Positions 31,517 through 41,950 of a stretch of DNA of 64,000 bases are shown here, one piece after another. This DNA is from Nitrospirota bacterium (GTDB lineage Bacteria > Nitrospirota > UBA9217), in the NCBI GenBank assembly GCA_963845065.1, contig CAWJQQ010000005.1, positions 353,542 through 417,541 on the forward strand. The letters are read 5' to 3'. The notes under the pieces were generated by a model. It saw only the letters and a list, made by a program, of their open reading frames with translations. It did no database searches and was not told where the DNA came from. The translations under genes were made by a program, and so were the position numbers. The stretch's first letter is position 1; every line of letters begins with the position of its first letter.

Positions 31517-31905
31517 GTTAGTGTATTATCGAACTAGCAGAAAGCTCCATGTTTCAACGAAGGGGAGTTGTCAGGACATATCCCTTGCAGCCGACATGGA
31601 GATGGATTACCTGTATATCGAAGATAGAAAGATCTATCTTGTGGCAGAAAACCTACACGGGCTGGCGTGTAACGACCTGTTATTCATATAGAATAGAACC
31701 GACGATGTGTTGCATGAAACGGTTCAGGAAGTCGGCTTCTGCCTGCATGACACGATGAGTTCCAATCGGAAATATCACCCAATGACCATAAAGTTGTAAA
31801 AGCCGATTTTAAGAAGAAAATCAAAGAAGTCGGAGTAGAAAGGAGATGCTGCAGGACAAAGGGTACAGCAGCGCAGAGTGAAGTAATTTCGTTCTGAGGG
31901 CAATA

Positions 31906-31936
31906 AAAACCGACGCAAGTGATAGAGGCGTCGGCA
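31906..31936 (-). terminator. Intrinsic terminator after lpxC
   Basis: Minus strand GCCGACGC-loop-GCGTCGG-TTTTT. Confidence 0.6.
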
Positions 31937-31962
31937 TTCCTTTTTCGTGAGAGCAATAAATG

Positions 31963-32868
31963 CTATAAGGTAGCGTGCTGGAACTGATCCAGTTGACCGA
32001 TTGCTGCTTCCGGGGTTATCCCCAGCAGGATCCAGCTCTGAGGCGTGTTCAGGAGCTTGCTTACCATCTGCGCATTCAGCGCGTGTCCGGATTTATGTGC
32101 AACGATGTGGCCGATGACAGGCATGCCCAGGAGCGACAAGTCGCCGATGAGGTCTAGTATTTTATGCCGCACGAACTCATCCTTGTACCGCAGCCCGTCC
32201 TTGTTCAGCACGCAGTCTTCGCCGAGGGCCACAGCATTATCCAATGACGCACCCTTTGCAAGGCCGTTGGCCTGGAGGGCCTTGACGTCGCACAAGAACC
32301 CAAAGGTGCGGGCATCGGACACTTCGCGGAGGAATGCCTCTTCCGTCGGCTGGTACTGCAGGCTTTGCTCTTTAAGCATCGGATGGTCAAAATCGATAAA
32401 ATAGGAGATGACTGTCGTTTCCGCAGGCCATATGGCCAGCTGCTTGTTGCCTTCACGTACGAAGACGGGTTTGATGATTTTGAGAACGGGTTGGAACGCT
32501 TCCAGGGTCCGGATGCCCGCCTCAGCAATCAGCCGTACAAAAGGACGGGCGCTGCCGTCCATGATCGGGACTTCCTCGCCGTCAAGCTCAACGATGACAT
32601 TGTCGATATTGAGTCCGGAGAATGCCGCGAGCAGATGCTCAACGGTCTTCACGGACACGTTGTTCTGGCTGAGAGAAGTTGCGTAGCCGGTTGATGCGGT
32701 ATTGGCAGTGACGGCTTTGACCTCAGCGCCTTCCAAGTCGGTCCGGATGAGCACGATGCCTGTGCCTGCAAGCGCCGGCTTGAGCGTCATCCTGACCGGA
32801 TTGCCGGTGTGGAGGCCGATGCCATCGCAAAATACTTCCGTTTTTAATGTCCGTTGAAATCTGATCAT
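31963..32868 (-). CDS. lpxC: UDP-3-O-acyl-GlcNAc deacetylase
   Basis: GIGLHTG, TVEHLL, PIMDGSA, ARTFGF, HKILDLIGD, SGH. Confidence 0.97.
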   Translation of the reverse strand: MIRFQRTLKTEVFCDGIGLHTGNPVRMTLKPALAGTGIVLIRTDLEGAEVKAVTANTASTGYATSLSQNNVSVKTVEHLLAAFSGLNIDNVIVELDGEEVPIMDGSARPFVRLIAEAGIRTLEAFQPVLKIIKPVFVREGNKQLAIWPAETTVISYFIDFDHPMLKEQSLQYQPTEEAFLREVSDARTFGFLCDVKALQANGLAKGASLDNAVALGEDCVLNKDGLRYKDEFVRHKILDLIGDLSLLGMPVIGHIVAHKSGHALNAQMVSKLLNTPQSWILLGITPEAAIGQLDQFQHATL

Positions 32869-32893
32869 GTTTAATTCCTTTCAGTGTGATATC

Positions 32894-32948
32894 AGCAATA
32901 TTTATGCCAATTTTAAATACTAAAAATAATTTTAAAATCAATATGTTG
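32894..32948 (-). promoter_or_regulatory. Sigma54 -24/-12 promoter plus IHF site upstream of lpxC
   Basis: Minus strand TGGCATAAATATTGCT (32894-32909); AATCAATATGTTG (32936-32948) matches WATCAANNNNTTR. Confidence 0.75.
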
Positions 32949-33294
32949 TAAAAAAATGAAACAATATTGCTGTGGTAAAAAAGACTTCATTCTTATTGTT
33001 CTGTTGCCAGGAAACCACAGTAAGATACTCGGAAGATAATGTTATTTCACTTTTCAGCATCAGCAGCTTCCTGTTGAGCTACAGTGCCCGAATCGTGATA
33101 CATTGTTTTTAATTTTTAGTAGAGTTCATCATGCTCTAATTTTTTCTGCAGGCCAACGTCGAAAATTAACTTATAAAATCTTTGAAGGAAATAATTTTCT
33201 TGGTTTTTCATTGACATATTATAGTGAGGTGTGATAAATTTTTTCAGCACAAACTGAATAATAGGCTCGTTACCTCAGGGGTGATTGGGTATCT

Positions 33295-34011
33295 ATGTCA
33301 AAGCTCGATGAACTATACAAACAGGGCATAGAAGCATTCGAAAAAAAAGAGTTTGATAAAGCGGAGAGCTATTTTAAGGTTTTTTTGGATACCAATCCCA
33401 ACTTTGCTGATATTCTCAATAAACTTGGCATCATTTACAATCAGACCAACCGGCTCGAGCTTGCGGTGCGCACCTTTGAAAAAGCCCTTGCCGTGAACCC
33501 CAAGTATACCGAGGCCTCGCTTAACCTGGCGATCACCTATAGCGATCTCGGTAAATACGACAATGCGCGCGAGGTCTTTGAACGAGCTGCCCACTTTACA
33601 GACGAGACCGGGATGACTTCGACCTCGGGCATCGATCCTTTTGTGAAGGGCAAGCTTTCCGACGAGCACCTGCGACTCGGGAACATGTATTACGACCTCC
33701 ACCTTTTGGAAGAGTCGATCGAAGAATATCAGAAGGCCCTCCGCCTTTCTCCGAACTTTGCCGACATCATAACTCATCTGGGGATCGCCTATCGCGACAA
33801 AGGGATGTTCGATGAAGCGATCAAGGAATTCAACCACGCCAAAATTTGCAATCCCAAATATATTCTCGCACGCTTACACCTCGGCATCACATACTATTCG
33901 CAGGGCTTTTACGGTCTCGCCGAAGAGGAATGGCGCGAAGCACTCGTGTTCGATCCCGATAATTCTGCTGTTCGGACCTACTTGAATTTCGTAAAAAACC
34001 AAAATTCCTGA
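33295..34011 (+). CDS. Tetratricopeptide repeat protein
   Basis: Repeated NPxY/FAD..LG..Y TPR units. Confidence 0.9.
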   Translation: MSKLDELYKQGIEAFEKKEFDKAESYFKVFLDTNPNFADILNKLGIIYNQTNRLELAVRTFEKALAVNPKYTEASLNLAITYSDLGKYDNAREVFERAAHFTDETGMTSTSGIDPFVKGKLSDEHLRLGNMYYDLHLLEESIEEYQKALRLSPNFADIITHLGIAYRDKGMFDEAIKEFNHAKICNPKYILARLHLGITYYSQGFYGLAEEEWREALVFDPDNSAVRTYLNFVKNQNS

Positions 34012-34026
34012 GCGGAGCTCCCTTCG

Positions 34027-34986
34027 GTGGACCTACTTGACATAAAGGGTCTTACCACCCATTTTTTCACGCGGTCCGGTGTGATCAAAGCTGTCGACAA
34101 CCTTAGCCTTGCGTTGCAAAAAGGACGTGTGCTCGGGCTTGTAGGCGAATCCGGGTGTGGCAAGACTGTGACCGCTCTCTCTATCCTGAACCTCGTACCT
34201 TATCCGGGGAAAATCATCGCAGGGAAAATTCTCTTTGACGGGAGGGATCTGCTCTCACTTTCTGCAGATGAAATGAGATCGATCCGTGGCGCGCGAATCT
34301 CCATGATTTTCCAGGAGCCCATGACAGCGCTCAATCCCGTCTTTACTGTAGGCAACCAGATATCTGAAGTCCTGACCGCACACCAGAACGTTACGAGGAA
34401 GGATGCGTTGAAATCGGCCGTTAACCTCCTCCACTCCGTAGGCATCCCGTCGCCCGAGAAGCGCGTGAACGAATATCCGCACCAGCTTTCGGGCGGAATG
34501 CGCCAACGCGTGATGATCGCGATGGCCATTGCCTGCAAACCATCGCTCATCCTCGCCGACGAGCCAACCACCGCCCTCGACGTAACGATCCAGGCGCACA
34601 TCCTTGAACTATTAGACACGATCCAGCGGGAGATGGGAATGGCCATGATCCTAGTCACACACGACTTGGGCCTCATCGCCGAACGCGCCCACGAGGTGGC
34701 TGTCATGTATGCGGGCAGGATCGTGGAGGAGGCTGGGACCAAGGAGCTATTCGCAAACCCCCAACATCCCTACACCCGCGGGCTCATGGCATCGATCCCC
34801 AATCCCGGTGAGGAAGGGCACAAAAGGCTGCTTACGATCGCAGGGACTGTGCCGAGACTTTATGATCTGCCGAAAGGATGTACTTTCGCCCCGCGGTGCG
34901 ATATCAAAACGGGCAAATGTGAGAACGAGCCGGAATTGGTGGAAGTGAAGCCGGGGCATCTTGTGAGGTGCTGGGAAGCGAAATGA
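34027..34986 (+). CDS. oppD: Oligopeptide/dipeptide ABC transporter ATPase
   Basis: GESGCGKT, YPHQLSGGMRQR, HPYT, C-terminal Cys cluster. Confidence 0.9.
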   Translation: MDLLDIKGLTTHFFTRSGVIKAVDNLSLALQKGRVLGLVGESGCGKTVTALSILNLVPYPGKIIAGKILFDGRDLLSLSADEMRSIRGARISMIFQEPMTALNPVFTVGNQISEVLTAHQNVTRKDALKSAVNLLHSVGIPSPEKRVNEYPHQLSGGMRQRVMIAMAIACKPSLILADEPTTALDVTIQAHILELLDTIQREMGMAMILVTHDLGLIAERAHEVAVMYAGRIVEEAGTKELFANPQHPYTRGLMASIPNPGEEGHKRLLTIAGTVPRLYDLPKGCTFAPRCDIKTGKCENEPELVEVKPGHLVRCWEAK

Positions 34987-35045
34987 AACATAGGTGGACC
35001 TGCTGATTACTGAATGAAAAGTGATTTTGAGGAACTCGAATTTAT

Positions 35046-36008
35046 ATGGACAACGATCTTCTCGTCATAGACAACATTAAAAAAAGGTTCCCTGTGAAGA
35101 GCGGGTTCGGGAAAAAAATTGAAGCCACGGCCGTAGACGGTGTTACGCTCTCTATTGCCCGCGGCGAAGCAGTTGGGCTCGTTGGAGAAAGCGGCTGTGG
35201 CAAGTCTACACTGGGCAGGCTTGCGCTCAGGCTTCTTGAACCGACATCGGGCAGTGTGTATTTCGAAGGCAGAAATCTCAGCCTGTTGGGCAAAAAGGAA
35301 CTTCGGTCTCTGCGAAAGAGCATGCAGATCATCTTCCAGGACCCCTTTGCGTCTCTCAATCCCCGCATGCGGATACAGGAGATCATCACCGAACCCTTGT
35401 TAATCCACGGCATGGCAAAGGACCAAGAGCTTGAAGAGCGGGGGGCGGCATTGCTTGTAAAAGTGGGTCTGCCCGTTGACGCTCTCCGGCGATACCCACA
35501 TGAATTTTCCGGCGGCCAGCGACAGCGCATCGGCATTGCCCGGGCGCTCTCGAGCGGACCATCATTTATCGTGGCGGACGAGCCTGTGTCTGCGCTCGAT
35601 GTTTCGGTTCAGGCGCAGATCATTAATCTCCTCGAAGATTTGCGTGGTGAACTGAAGCTCTCATTCCTGTTCATAGCCCACGATCTTAACATCGTGCGCC
35701 ACTTTTCCGACAGGGTCGTCGTGATGTATCTCGGCAAGATTATGGAACTGGCGCCTGCGGAAGAGATATACCGTAACCCTTCGCACCCCTACACTGAAGC
35801 ACTGCTGGCCGACATCCCAGTGGCGGATCCTACACTCAAAAAAAAGCACATTCTGCTCAAGGGAGATATCCCGAGTCCAACAAAGATCCCGTCCGGCTGC
35901 CGCTTCCATACCCGCTGTATCTACCGCTACGAACCCTGCGACAAGATCGTACCCCGCACCACTGACCTCGGTGGTGGACACTTCGTGGACTGCCATTTGC
36001 GCGGATGA
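35046..36008 (+). CDS. oppF: Oligopeptide/dipeptide ABC transporter ATPase
   Basis: GESGCGKS, YPHEFSGGQRQR, GCRFHTRC. Confidence 0.9.
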   Translation: MDNDLLVIDNIKKRFPVKSGFGKKIEATAVDGVTLSIARGEAVGLVGESGCGKSTLGRLALRLLEPTSGSVYFEGRNLSLLGKKELRSLRKSMQIIFQDPFASLNPRMRIQEIITEPLLIHGMAKDQELEERGAALLVKVGLPVDALRRYPHEFSGGQRQRIGIARALSSGPSFIVADEPVSALDVSVQAQIINLLEDLRGELKLSFLFIAHDLNIVRHFSDRVVVMYLGKIMELAPAEEIYRNPSHPYTEALLADIPVADPTLKKKHILLKGDIPSPTKIPSGCRFHTRCIYRYEPCDKIVPRTTDLGGGHFVDCHLRG

Positions 36009-36327
36009 TCCTGGAAAAAAACAAGTGAATACCGCAGAAGAATGTCAAAATCAAGTTAGCACAAATCAAGGACGTTGCGCTGCAGTGGAATTACTGCCAC
36101 AAGGAAAAATCTAATTTTATGAAACTATGACAGAATACCCCACGTTTTGAAGACGGTGCATCAATGCTCCTCAACGAACCAAGAAGCCTCGTGCCCTTGT
36201 AATAGCACGGAAGTTCACGGAAAATCGCAGTAACGCCTTAATTGGGCTATTTTTTTCGCAAATCTAATAAAAAAAGGTCCCCGTCTTCTCACTTCTGCAA
36301 AAGTTCCACCAACCGTGTTTCCTGAAA

Positions 36328-36361
36328 AATCAGCGTATTAACTTTTGGCACACATGATGCA
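36328..36361 (+). promoter_or_regulatory. IHF-like site and sigma54 promoter
   Basis: AATCAGCGTATTA (36328-36340); TGGCACACATGATGCA (36346-36361; GG-N10-GC). Confidence 0.7.
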
Positions 36362-36391
36362 ATTATATATGCAAGAGGACGAAATGAGGAT

Positions 36392-36712
36392 ATGAAAATG
36401 AAGATCACAATCGCAAAAAAGGGTGCTTATATCGGTGCTGGAGCGGGGTTGGTGCTTTTCGTACTGTTTGGTTTGCTCCCTGGAAGTCTTCTCGGCGGCG
36501 CCGCAGGAATCCAATTCGCCGGCTTGTTCTTCGGGCTTCCACTCGAACCGGGACTTCTTTCTAGGATGATTATTCTTATGGCAATGCTTCTGGGCGTCCT
36601 CGTAGCAGGGATTGTTATTGTGACTGCAACATCAACCGTTGGATGGCTCGTCGGCACGGTTGTCGGCACGTCTGTCCATGAAAATACTTTGGCTGAGGCC
36701 GGGAGGAGATAG
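36392..36712 (+). CDS. Small glycine-rich membrane protein (paralog 1)
   Basis: YIGAGAGLVLFVLFGLLPGSLLGG; GxxxG-rich hydrophobic helices. Confidence 0.85.
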   Translation: MKMKITIAKKGAYIGAGAGLVLFVLFGLLPGSLLGGAAGIQFAGLFFGLPLEPGLLSRMIILMAMLLGVLVAGIVIVTATSTVGWLVGTVVGTSVHENTLAEAGRR

Positions 36713-36714
36713 TT

Positions 36715-37032
36715 ATGAAGAACGAAGCAGTGAAAACAGGAATGAAAATTGGTGCAACTGCAGGCGGGCTTGTGTTTCTGGTGTTCGGCATCATGCCAGG
36801 GTTTTATTTCGGGTCTTACGGAACGCTGATTCTGCTTCAGAAGCTGATGGGAGGTGCTGTCGAGCCGACCTTGTTCGTAAGAGCAGCAGTGGTCATGGGC
36901 ATCGTGGTTGGCATCTGCTGCGCCGCGGCGGTGTGCCTTGTTATCGGTGGCCTCATGGGTACGGTCGTCGGCTTTGTAGTATCAGTTCCCGCGGCGGTCA
37001 GAGAACAGAAGGCCGCTGCGGAAAAAGCGTAA
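36715..37032 (+). CDS. Small glycine-rich membrane protein (paralog 2)
   Basis: KIGATAGGLVFLVFGIMPGFYFGS aligns by eye to paralog 1; GGAGG RBS. Confidence 0.85.
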   Translation: MKNEAVKTGMKIGATAGGLVFLVFGIMPGFYFGSYGTLILLQKLMGGAVEPTLFVRAAVVMGIVVGICCAAAVCLVIGGLMGTVVGFVVSVPAAVREQKAAAEKA

Positions 37033-37107
37033 CCTGATAGTATCAGGAAGTATGTTCAGCATCAGCATGATGAGCAAATTGGTTTTAGGTTCTAGCGATT
37101 TTTAGGA

Positions 37108-37145
37108 TGCCCCGCAGCAAAGCTGTGGGGCAATTCACTTTTTTT
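37108..37145 (+). terminator. Putative intrinsic terminator
   Basis: TGCCCCGCAGC-AAA-GCTGTGGGGCA followed by a T-rich tract. Confidence 0.6.
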
Positions 37146-37333
37146 CATTTCGGAAAGATTCGTTTTTGAGTCGCTTTTGCACGTTTCGCGGTTTTCCCCC
37201 TGGCTCATCCTGGACGCCTGCGGAGTCGAGTCAGATAATTATTGCTTTGATTTTTGCAGCTGTTTGTCGTGTATGCATAGGTTTTTCCATGCCGAACAGT
37301 TTTATCGAAATTTAAGCAGAGACCGAGGTCAAG

Positions 37334-39031
37334 TTGGCGGCTATGCTAAAAAAGCGCAGTTCATCGCTAACTGCAAAGTTTATGATTGGATTAGGCATAA
37401 TTCTGTTGGCTGCTATTTCTGCCCTTTCCTTCCTGACGTATTCATATTTGAAAAAAATATACATACGGGAAGCGTATGAGAAGACGGATATCGTACTGGG
37501 GCAAATTGACGCTACCATGGAATATGCCCGGGATGAGCTTCGTCCCCAGATATTCCGTGCCCTGCCTGATAATATCTTCATCAAGCAGGTTATGTCCAGT
37601 TCGTTCATGGACAGGGGAATCATGAAGAGATTCACGAAGAGGTTTCCGCGTTACATCTACCGGAGGGTCGCTATCGATCCCATGAATCCTGCCAACAAGG
37701 CTGATGCCTTTGAAGAAGATTTTATCAGGCGGTTTCAGGATGTCTCGGCGACCACGAAGGAATGGAGGGGCCCTGTCACTAGAAACGGAGAGGACTATTT
37801 TCTGCATCTCAAGGCGATTGTCATGGAGGAGCAGTGTCTACTCTGCCATGGAGATCCTGATTCGTCACCTGAATCTATTACTCTGCATTACGGGAGGATG
37901 CACGGACGTTTCCGGAAAGTCGGCGAGGTAATCGGCGTAGAGTCGATCGCAGCCCCGGTGAGCGAGACTTTCCGGCAGTTGCGGCACGTTGCGCTGTGTT
38001 TTTTTCTTTTTGGAATAACAGGGATGGGCGCCCTTTTTGCCGGTCTCAATTACTTCCATTATCGCCTTGCTGTGGTCCCCCTGAAGCGGGTAAGCTCCTT
38101 TTTCAGGGAAGTCGCGGACGGACACAGCGGCCTCGATGCCCATTTCGATGTGCCCCAGGAACCGTCTTTTGCCATCAGAAACAATGAAATGGCCGCACTC
38201 GTCGGCCCCCCCGAAGAGTATGAATATGATGAAGTCTACGAACTGGCAGACTCTTTTAACAAGATGATGGTGCATTTGAAAAAAGCCGAACAAGAAAGAA
38301 TAGAAATGGAGGAACGGGTGCTGCAGGCGGATAAACTCGCGTCCATCGGCCGGCTTGGCGCGGGTGTGGCCCATGAGATCAACAATCCGCTCAGCGTCGT
38401 TCTGGGCTATACGAATATATTGCGCAGGAAATACCAGGATACGTGGGAGACAAAGGAGGACCTCGATATAGTCTGCAATAATGCGCAGTTGTGCAAGAAG
38501 ATTATCGATGATCTGCTCCATTTATCACGCCAGACAAAAATCGTCCGTGTCCCTACCGATATAAATGCAGCCGTCGAATCGGCGCTGGTCCAGATGGAGG
38601 AAACATTGCGCGGCGGCAGGATTACCGTTATCCGCGCTTATGATCCCGGCCTGCCTGCTCTCCCCGCAGATGAAAACAAGCTGAAGCGGATTTTCACGAA
38701 CCTTATTGTGAATGCATTTCAGGCAATGAAACCCGGAGGAAGTCTCGCCGTCAGCACCTCTCATGATAAAGAGAAAAACGGTTTGAGGATTGTTTTTTCA
38801 GACACAGGCTGCGGCATACCCGAAAAGATCAGGGATAAAATATTCGAACCGTTCTTTACGACAAAGCCGCCGGGACAAGGAACAGGACTAGGGCTGGCGG
38901 TAAGCTACGGGATCGTGAAGGAACATAAAGGGGAGCTTTCGGTAATAAGCGAGAAAGGGAAGGGATCATCTTTCACGCTTTGGTTCCCTATCCCAGGAGA
39001 CAAGGATGAAACAAAAAATTCTTATAGTTGA
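37334..39031 (+). CDS. Sensor histidine kinase with periplasmic c-type heme (DUF3365-like) domain and HAMP
   Basis: Two TM helices; [15 protein letters not shown] heme motif; [24 protein letters not shown]. Confidence 0.92.
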   Translation: MAAMLKKRSSSLTAKFMIGLGIILLAAISALSFLTYSYLKKIYIREAYEKTDIVLGQIDATMEYARDELRPQIFRALPDNIFIKQVMSSSFMDRGIMKRFTKRFPRYIYRRVAIDPMNPANKADAFEEDFIRRFQDVSATTKEWRGPVTRNGEDYFLHLKAIVMEEQCLLCHGDPDSSPESITLHYGRMHGRFRKVGEVIGVESIAAPVSETFRQLRHVALCFFLFGITGMGALFAGLNYFHYRLAVVPLKRVSSFFREVADGHSGLDAHFDVPQEPSFAIRNNEMAALVGPPEEYEYDEVYELADSFNKMMVHLKKAEQERIEMEERVLQADKLASIGRLGAGVAHEINNPLSVVLGYTNILRRKYQDTWETKEDLDIVCNNAQLCKKIIDDLLHLSRQTKIVRVPTDINAAVESALVQMEETLRGGRITVIRAYDPGLPALPADENKLKRIFTNLIVNAFQAMKPGGSLAVSTSHDKEKNGLRIVFSDTGCGIPEKIRDKIFEPFFTTKPPGQGTGLGLAVSYGIVKEHKGELSVISEKGKGSSFTLWFPIPGDKDETKNSYS

Positions 39032-40421
39032 CGACAAACCGGACATCACCCGCTGGCTTGCAAGGCTGATCGGAAACACCCTGCATCTGGAAACTTTTGC
39101 CGCCGGCGGGGCAGAGGCGGCTCTGAAGACTCTTGAGGAGAACGAAGTCAACTGTATCCTGGCCGACATGAAAATGCCGGGCATGGACGGAATGGAGCTC
39201 TTGCGGCACATCAAGAAAAAAGACAGTTTCCTCCCTGTTATAATCATGACGGCCTATGGCGACATCGAAAAAGCCGTGGAAGCCATGAAAGAGGGGGCCT
39301 ATGACTTCATCACCAAGCCGTTCGATGAGGAGCGGTTGCTGTATACGGTGCGGAGGGCGCTTGAACATGAGCATCTACTCCGAAGGAACTCGGACCTTGA
39401 AAGAAGGATCAGGGAGAACGAGAAGGAGAAGGAGACTTTCTTTGTCGGGGAGTCGCCCCGGATGAAGGAACTCATCGATACCATGAAGCTCGTGGCCCGA
39501 ACGGACGTGACCGTGTTGATCACGGGCGAAACCGGGACCGGCAAGGAACTTGCCGCCCGCATGATCCACAATCTCAGCAGCAGGATTGGAAAACCTTTTG
39601 TCGCGGTCAATTGTCCGGCAATCCCGGAAAACATCCTGGAAAGCGAACTTTTTGGGTACCGCAAAGGCGCGTTTACCGGGGCCAACTCTGACCGGGAAGG
39701 GCTGTTTCAGGCTGCCCAGGGCGGGACCTTGCTCCTGGACGAGATAGGCGACATCTCCTGCTCTTTGCAGGCGAAGCTCCTGAGAGTGCTGCAGGAAAGG
39801 GAACTGAAGCCGCTTGGCGATACCACTACCCGGAGAGTGGATGCAAGGGTCATAGCCGCGACCAACAGGGATCTGGCGGCAAACGTTGCGGCGGGACTTT
39901 TCAGGCCTGACCTTTACTACAGGCTTAATGTCGTTTCGGTCAATACGCCGCCTCTCAGGGACATCCCGGAAGATATACCCCTCATCGCGTACCACTTTCT
40001 GTCCCTGTTTTGCAGCGAGCTTGGGTTGGACCGGAAGACGTTAACGGAAGAAACGATACAATATCTTGTTTCCCGCCAATGGAAAGGTAATGCCCGGGAA
40101 CTTCAGAACGAGATAAAACGGGCAGTAATCTTTTCAAAAAGCGAGATGCTCTCGCCGTCGGACTTCGGTAGCAGCGCAGAAGTAATCACCTCACGAAACA
40201 GCGCGATGGAGACCGACAGCATCGATTATAGGGGGGCAAGGAAAAAGGTGCTCGCTGTATTTAATAATGAATATATTTCAAACCTGCTGCGGCGGACAGA
40301 GGGAAACGTTTCCTTGGCCGCTCAGGCTGCCGGCGTAGAGCGCCAATCACTGCAGCAGGTTATGAGGAAGTATGGGATTTCCTCAGCCCAGTTCAGAAAT
40401 GATGAGAAAAAGGGGGAGTAG
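39006..40421 (+). CDS. Sigma54-dependent response regulator (NtrC family)
   Basis: Receiver VDD/DMKMP; GETGTGKE; GAFTGA; Fis-type HTH. Confidence 0.95.
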   Translation: MKQKILIVDDKPDITRWLARLIGNTLHLETFAAGGAEAALKTLEENEVNCILADMKMPGMDGMELLRHIKKKDSFLPVIIMTAYGDIEKAVEAMKEGAYDFITKPFDEERLLYTVRRALEHEHLLRRNSDLERRIRENEKEKETFFVGESPRMKELIDTMKLVARTDVTVLITGETGTGKELAARMIHNLSSRIGKPFVAVNCPAIPENILESELFGYRKGAFTGANSDREGLFQAAQGGTLLLDEIGDISCSLQAKLLRVLQERELKPLGDTTTRRVDARVIAATNRDLAANVAAGLFRPDLYYRLNVVSVNTPPLRDIPEDIPLIAYHFLSLFCSELGLDRKTLTEETIQYLVSRQWKGNARELQNEIKRAVIFSKSEMLSPSDFGSSAEVITSRNSAMETDSIDYRGARKKVLAVFNNEYISNLLRRTEGNVSLAAQAAGVERQSLQQVMRKYGISSAQFRNDEKKGE

Positions 40422-40493
40422 TCAGCTAGTTTCTCTAATGACGCTTAACCTCTGTATCGTAAAGTCAAAATATCGTGCAGCCTCAGGAGCCCA

Positions 40494-40531
40494 CCGCCTT
40501 TTGGCGCGTCGCTATTGACGCGCTGTTTGGA
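40494..40531 (-). other. Possible truncated integron attC site (left half)
   Basis: Directly after the stop codon: TCCAAACAGCGCGTCAATAGCGACGCGCCAAAAGGCGG, resembling R''/L'' boxes and the central region; right half absent. Confidence 0.4.
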
Positions 40532-41119
40532 TCACTTTCTGGCTCGATTAATCAAATTTATAAATTCATCAGCAAGAATGGGCGATATTGCATATTGTCT
40601 ATTTTTAGCTATACTAATGAATAGTAAGTTTTTGGGTTCCTTAAAAGTATCCACAAAACTATAAAACCTGACAGCTCCAAATTTTTCCAAGGTACAAGTA
40701 CCGAACTGTGCCACAGGATAAACTATTTGTGGTGCTTCTCTGAAATAAGAAAATAAATTTTTCTTTTTTAGCACAAGCGTTTCATTCGCCAGGCTTGTCA
40801 TCTCTTTAATGTCGGAAAATTTAATTTCATCATGCAACATAAACGATCGTATAGTTAAGCAATCCGCTGTAATATCGTAGCAAAGCTTCTTGAAAAAAAT
40901 AATCAGGTACAAATGATAAAAGATCATGAGCGAAAGAACAAGGATACATGACAATGTCACGGTTTTCTTGATAAAGGACATGCTGTCTAGCTGTAGAGTA
41001 AACAGTAAAATAGATAAGACTAAAAAAATAAATGAAACCGCAACCCTCCAAACAAATAGCTCAACACCTGGTCGGTTGTTTGTAATATCCTCCTTATAAG
41101 GCTTAATAAGTGTGCTCAT
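40532..41119 (-). CDS. AT-rich hypothetical membrane protein (bacterial PH-like C-terminus)
   Basis: Two TM helices; EIKFSDIKE; YAISP...EFIN; start taken at ATG 41119. Confidence 0.6.
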   Translation of the reverse strand: MSTLIKPYKEDITNNRPGVELFVWRVAVSFIFLVLSILLFTLQLDSMSFIKKTVTLSCILVLSLMIFYHLYLIIFFKKLCYDITADCLTIRSFMLHDEIKFSDIKEMTSLANETLVLKKKNLFSYFREAPQIVYPVAQFGTCTLEKFGAVRFYSFVDTFKEPKNLLFISIAKNRQYAISPILADEFINLINRARK

Positions 41120-41123
41120 TGAC

Positions 41124-41450
41124 TTAAGACTCCCACAAAAAGAGCCCAAAAATAATGAATGACCATACTACGCACCACAAAAAAACATCGGACAAAATCA
41201 CATATCTTTTGGCGATTTTAATTGCATTTGTGCCGTATAGCGGTTGTCTGAGGGAATCTAGGAGTGAGCCACCCCGATTCGGGCCGGAGACGACGTTCGG
41301 CGGAGGCCATTGTTTTGTTTCCATCACTTTTCTTGCCATCTCGGTTGCCACTAATTTTGAGCTAAATGCGTACGTCATAAGAATCAGATAAAAGATCAAC
41401 CAAGTAGTTATTTCGGATTTCATGAAATTACTCCCATTGAGGAAACTCAC
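41124..41450 (-). CDS. AT-rich hypothetical membrane protein
   Basis: 108-aa ORF with two hydrophobic segments. Confidence 0.5.
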   Translation of the reverse strand: MSFLNGSNFMKSEITTWLIFYLILMTYAFSSKLVATEMARKVMETKQWPPPNVVSGPNRGGSLLDSLRQPLYGTNAIKIAKRYVILSDVFLWCVVWSFIIFGLFLWES

Positions 41451-41950
41451 TACGAGTCAGTAGAAAAAGTCCATTTGTGAAGAACTCTCTCTTTAGTTTG
41501 CTGTTCGTAGGACCAAACATGTCGTAAGAAACGAAGAGCGCTCATGTATAAATGGACCAGATAATTCGTCTATTCAGTTCAGTCATATAGGAATGCTCGG
41601 GGCCTATATTTATCCAAGTACAGCAAGATAATGAGGGGACGGAAAGCGCCCCTCTATTTCCGAAAGGACGGCAATACTGGGATGAAAACATTATACTTTC
41701 ACGCGCGAATGTGCAGAAGAGGCAAGGAGAAATCTCACCCCACCAAGTACCAAGTTTCGGATTTGGAGGGATAAAAATTGTGTAGCTTTCACGTAAACGA
41801 GTATATTTTATGGCTACGGACGTGTCAAGGTAAAGTTGTTAACGTCGTGAGGCGCCCGCTTTTTATTTTCCAATAAAGATTATTCTCCGATATAATCTCG
41901 TTTGAGCTATATTCCGACTAGTGTTTAGATACCTGAAGGCAGGAGGGTAC

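Noticed and set aside
31523..31900. Short ORFs between the IS481 element and lpxC
   Set aside because: Interrupted frames with no recognisable motif.
34027..36400. oppF-associated nuclease-dead TnpB (TldR) locus
   Set aside because: No tnpB-like ORF or omega-RNA lies next to oppF; the tnpB genes present have IS ends.
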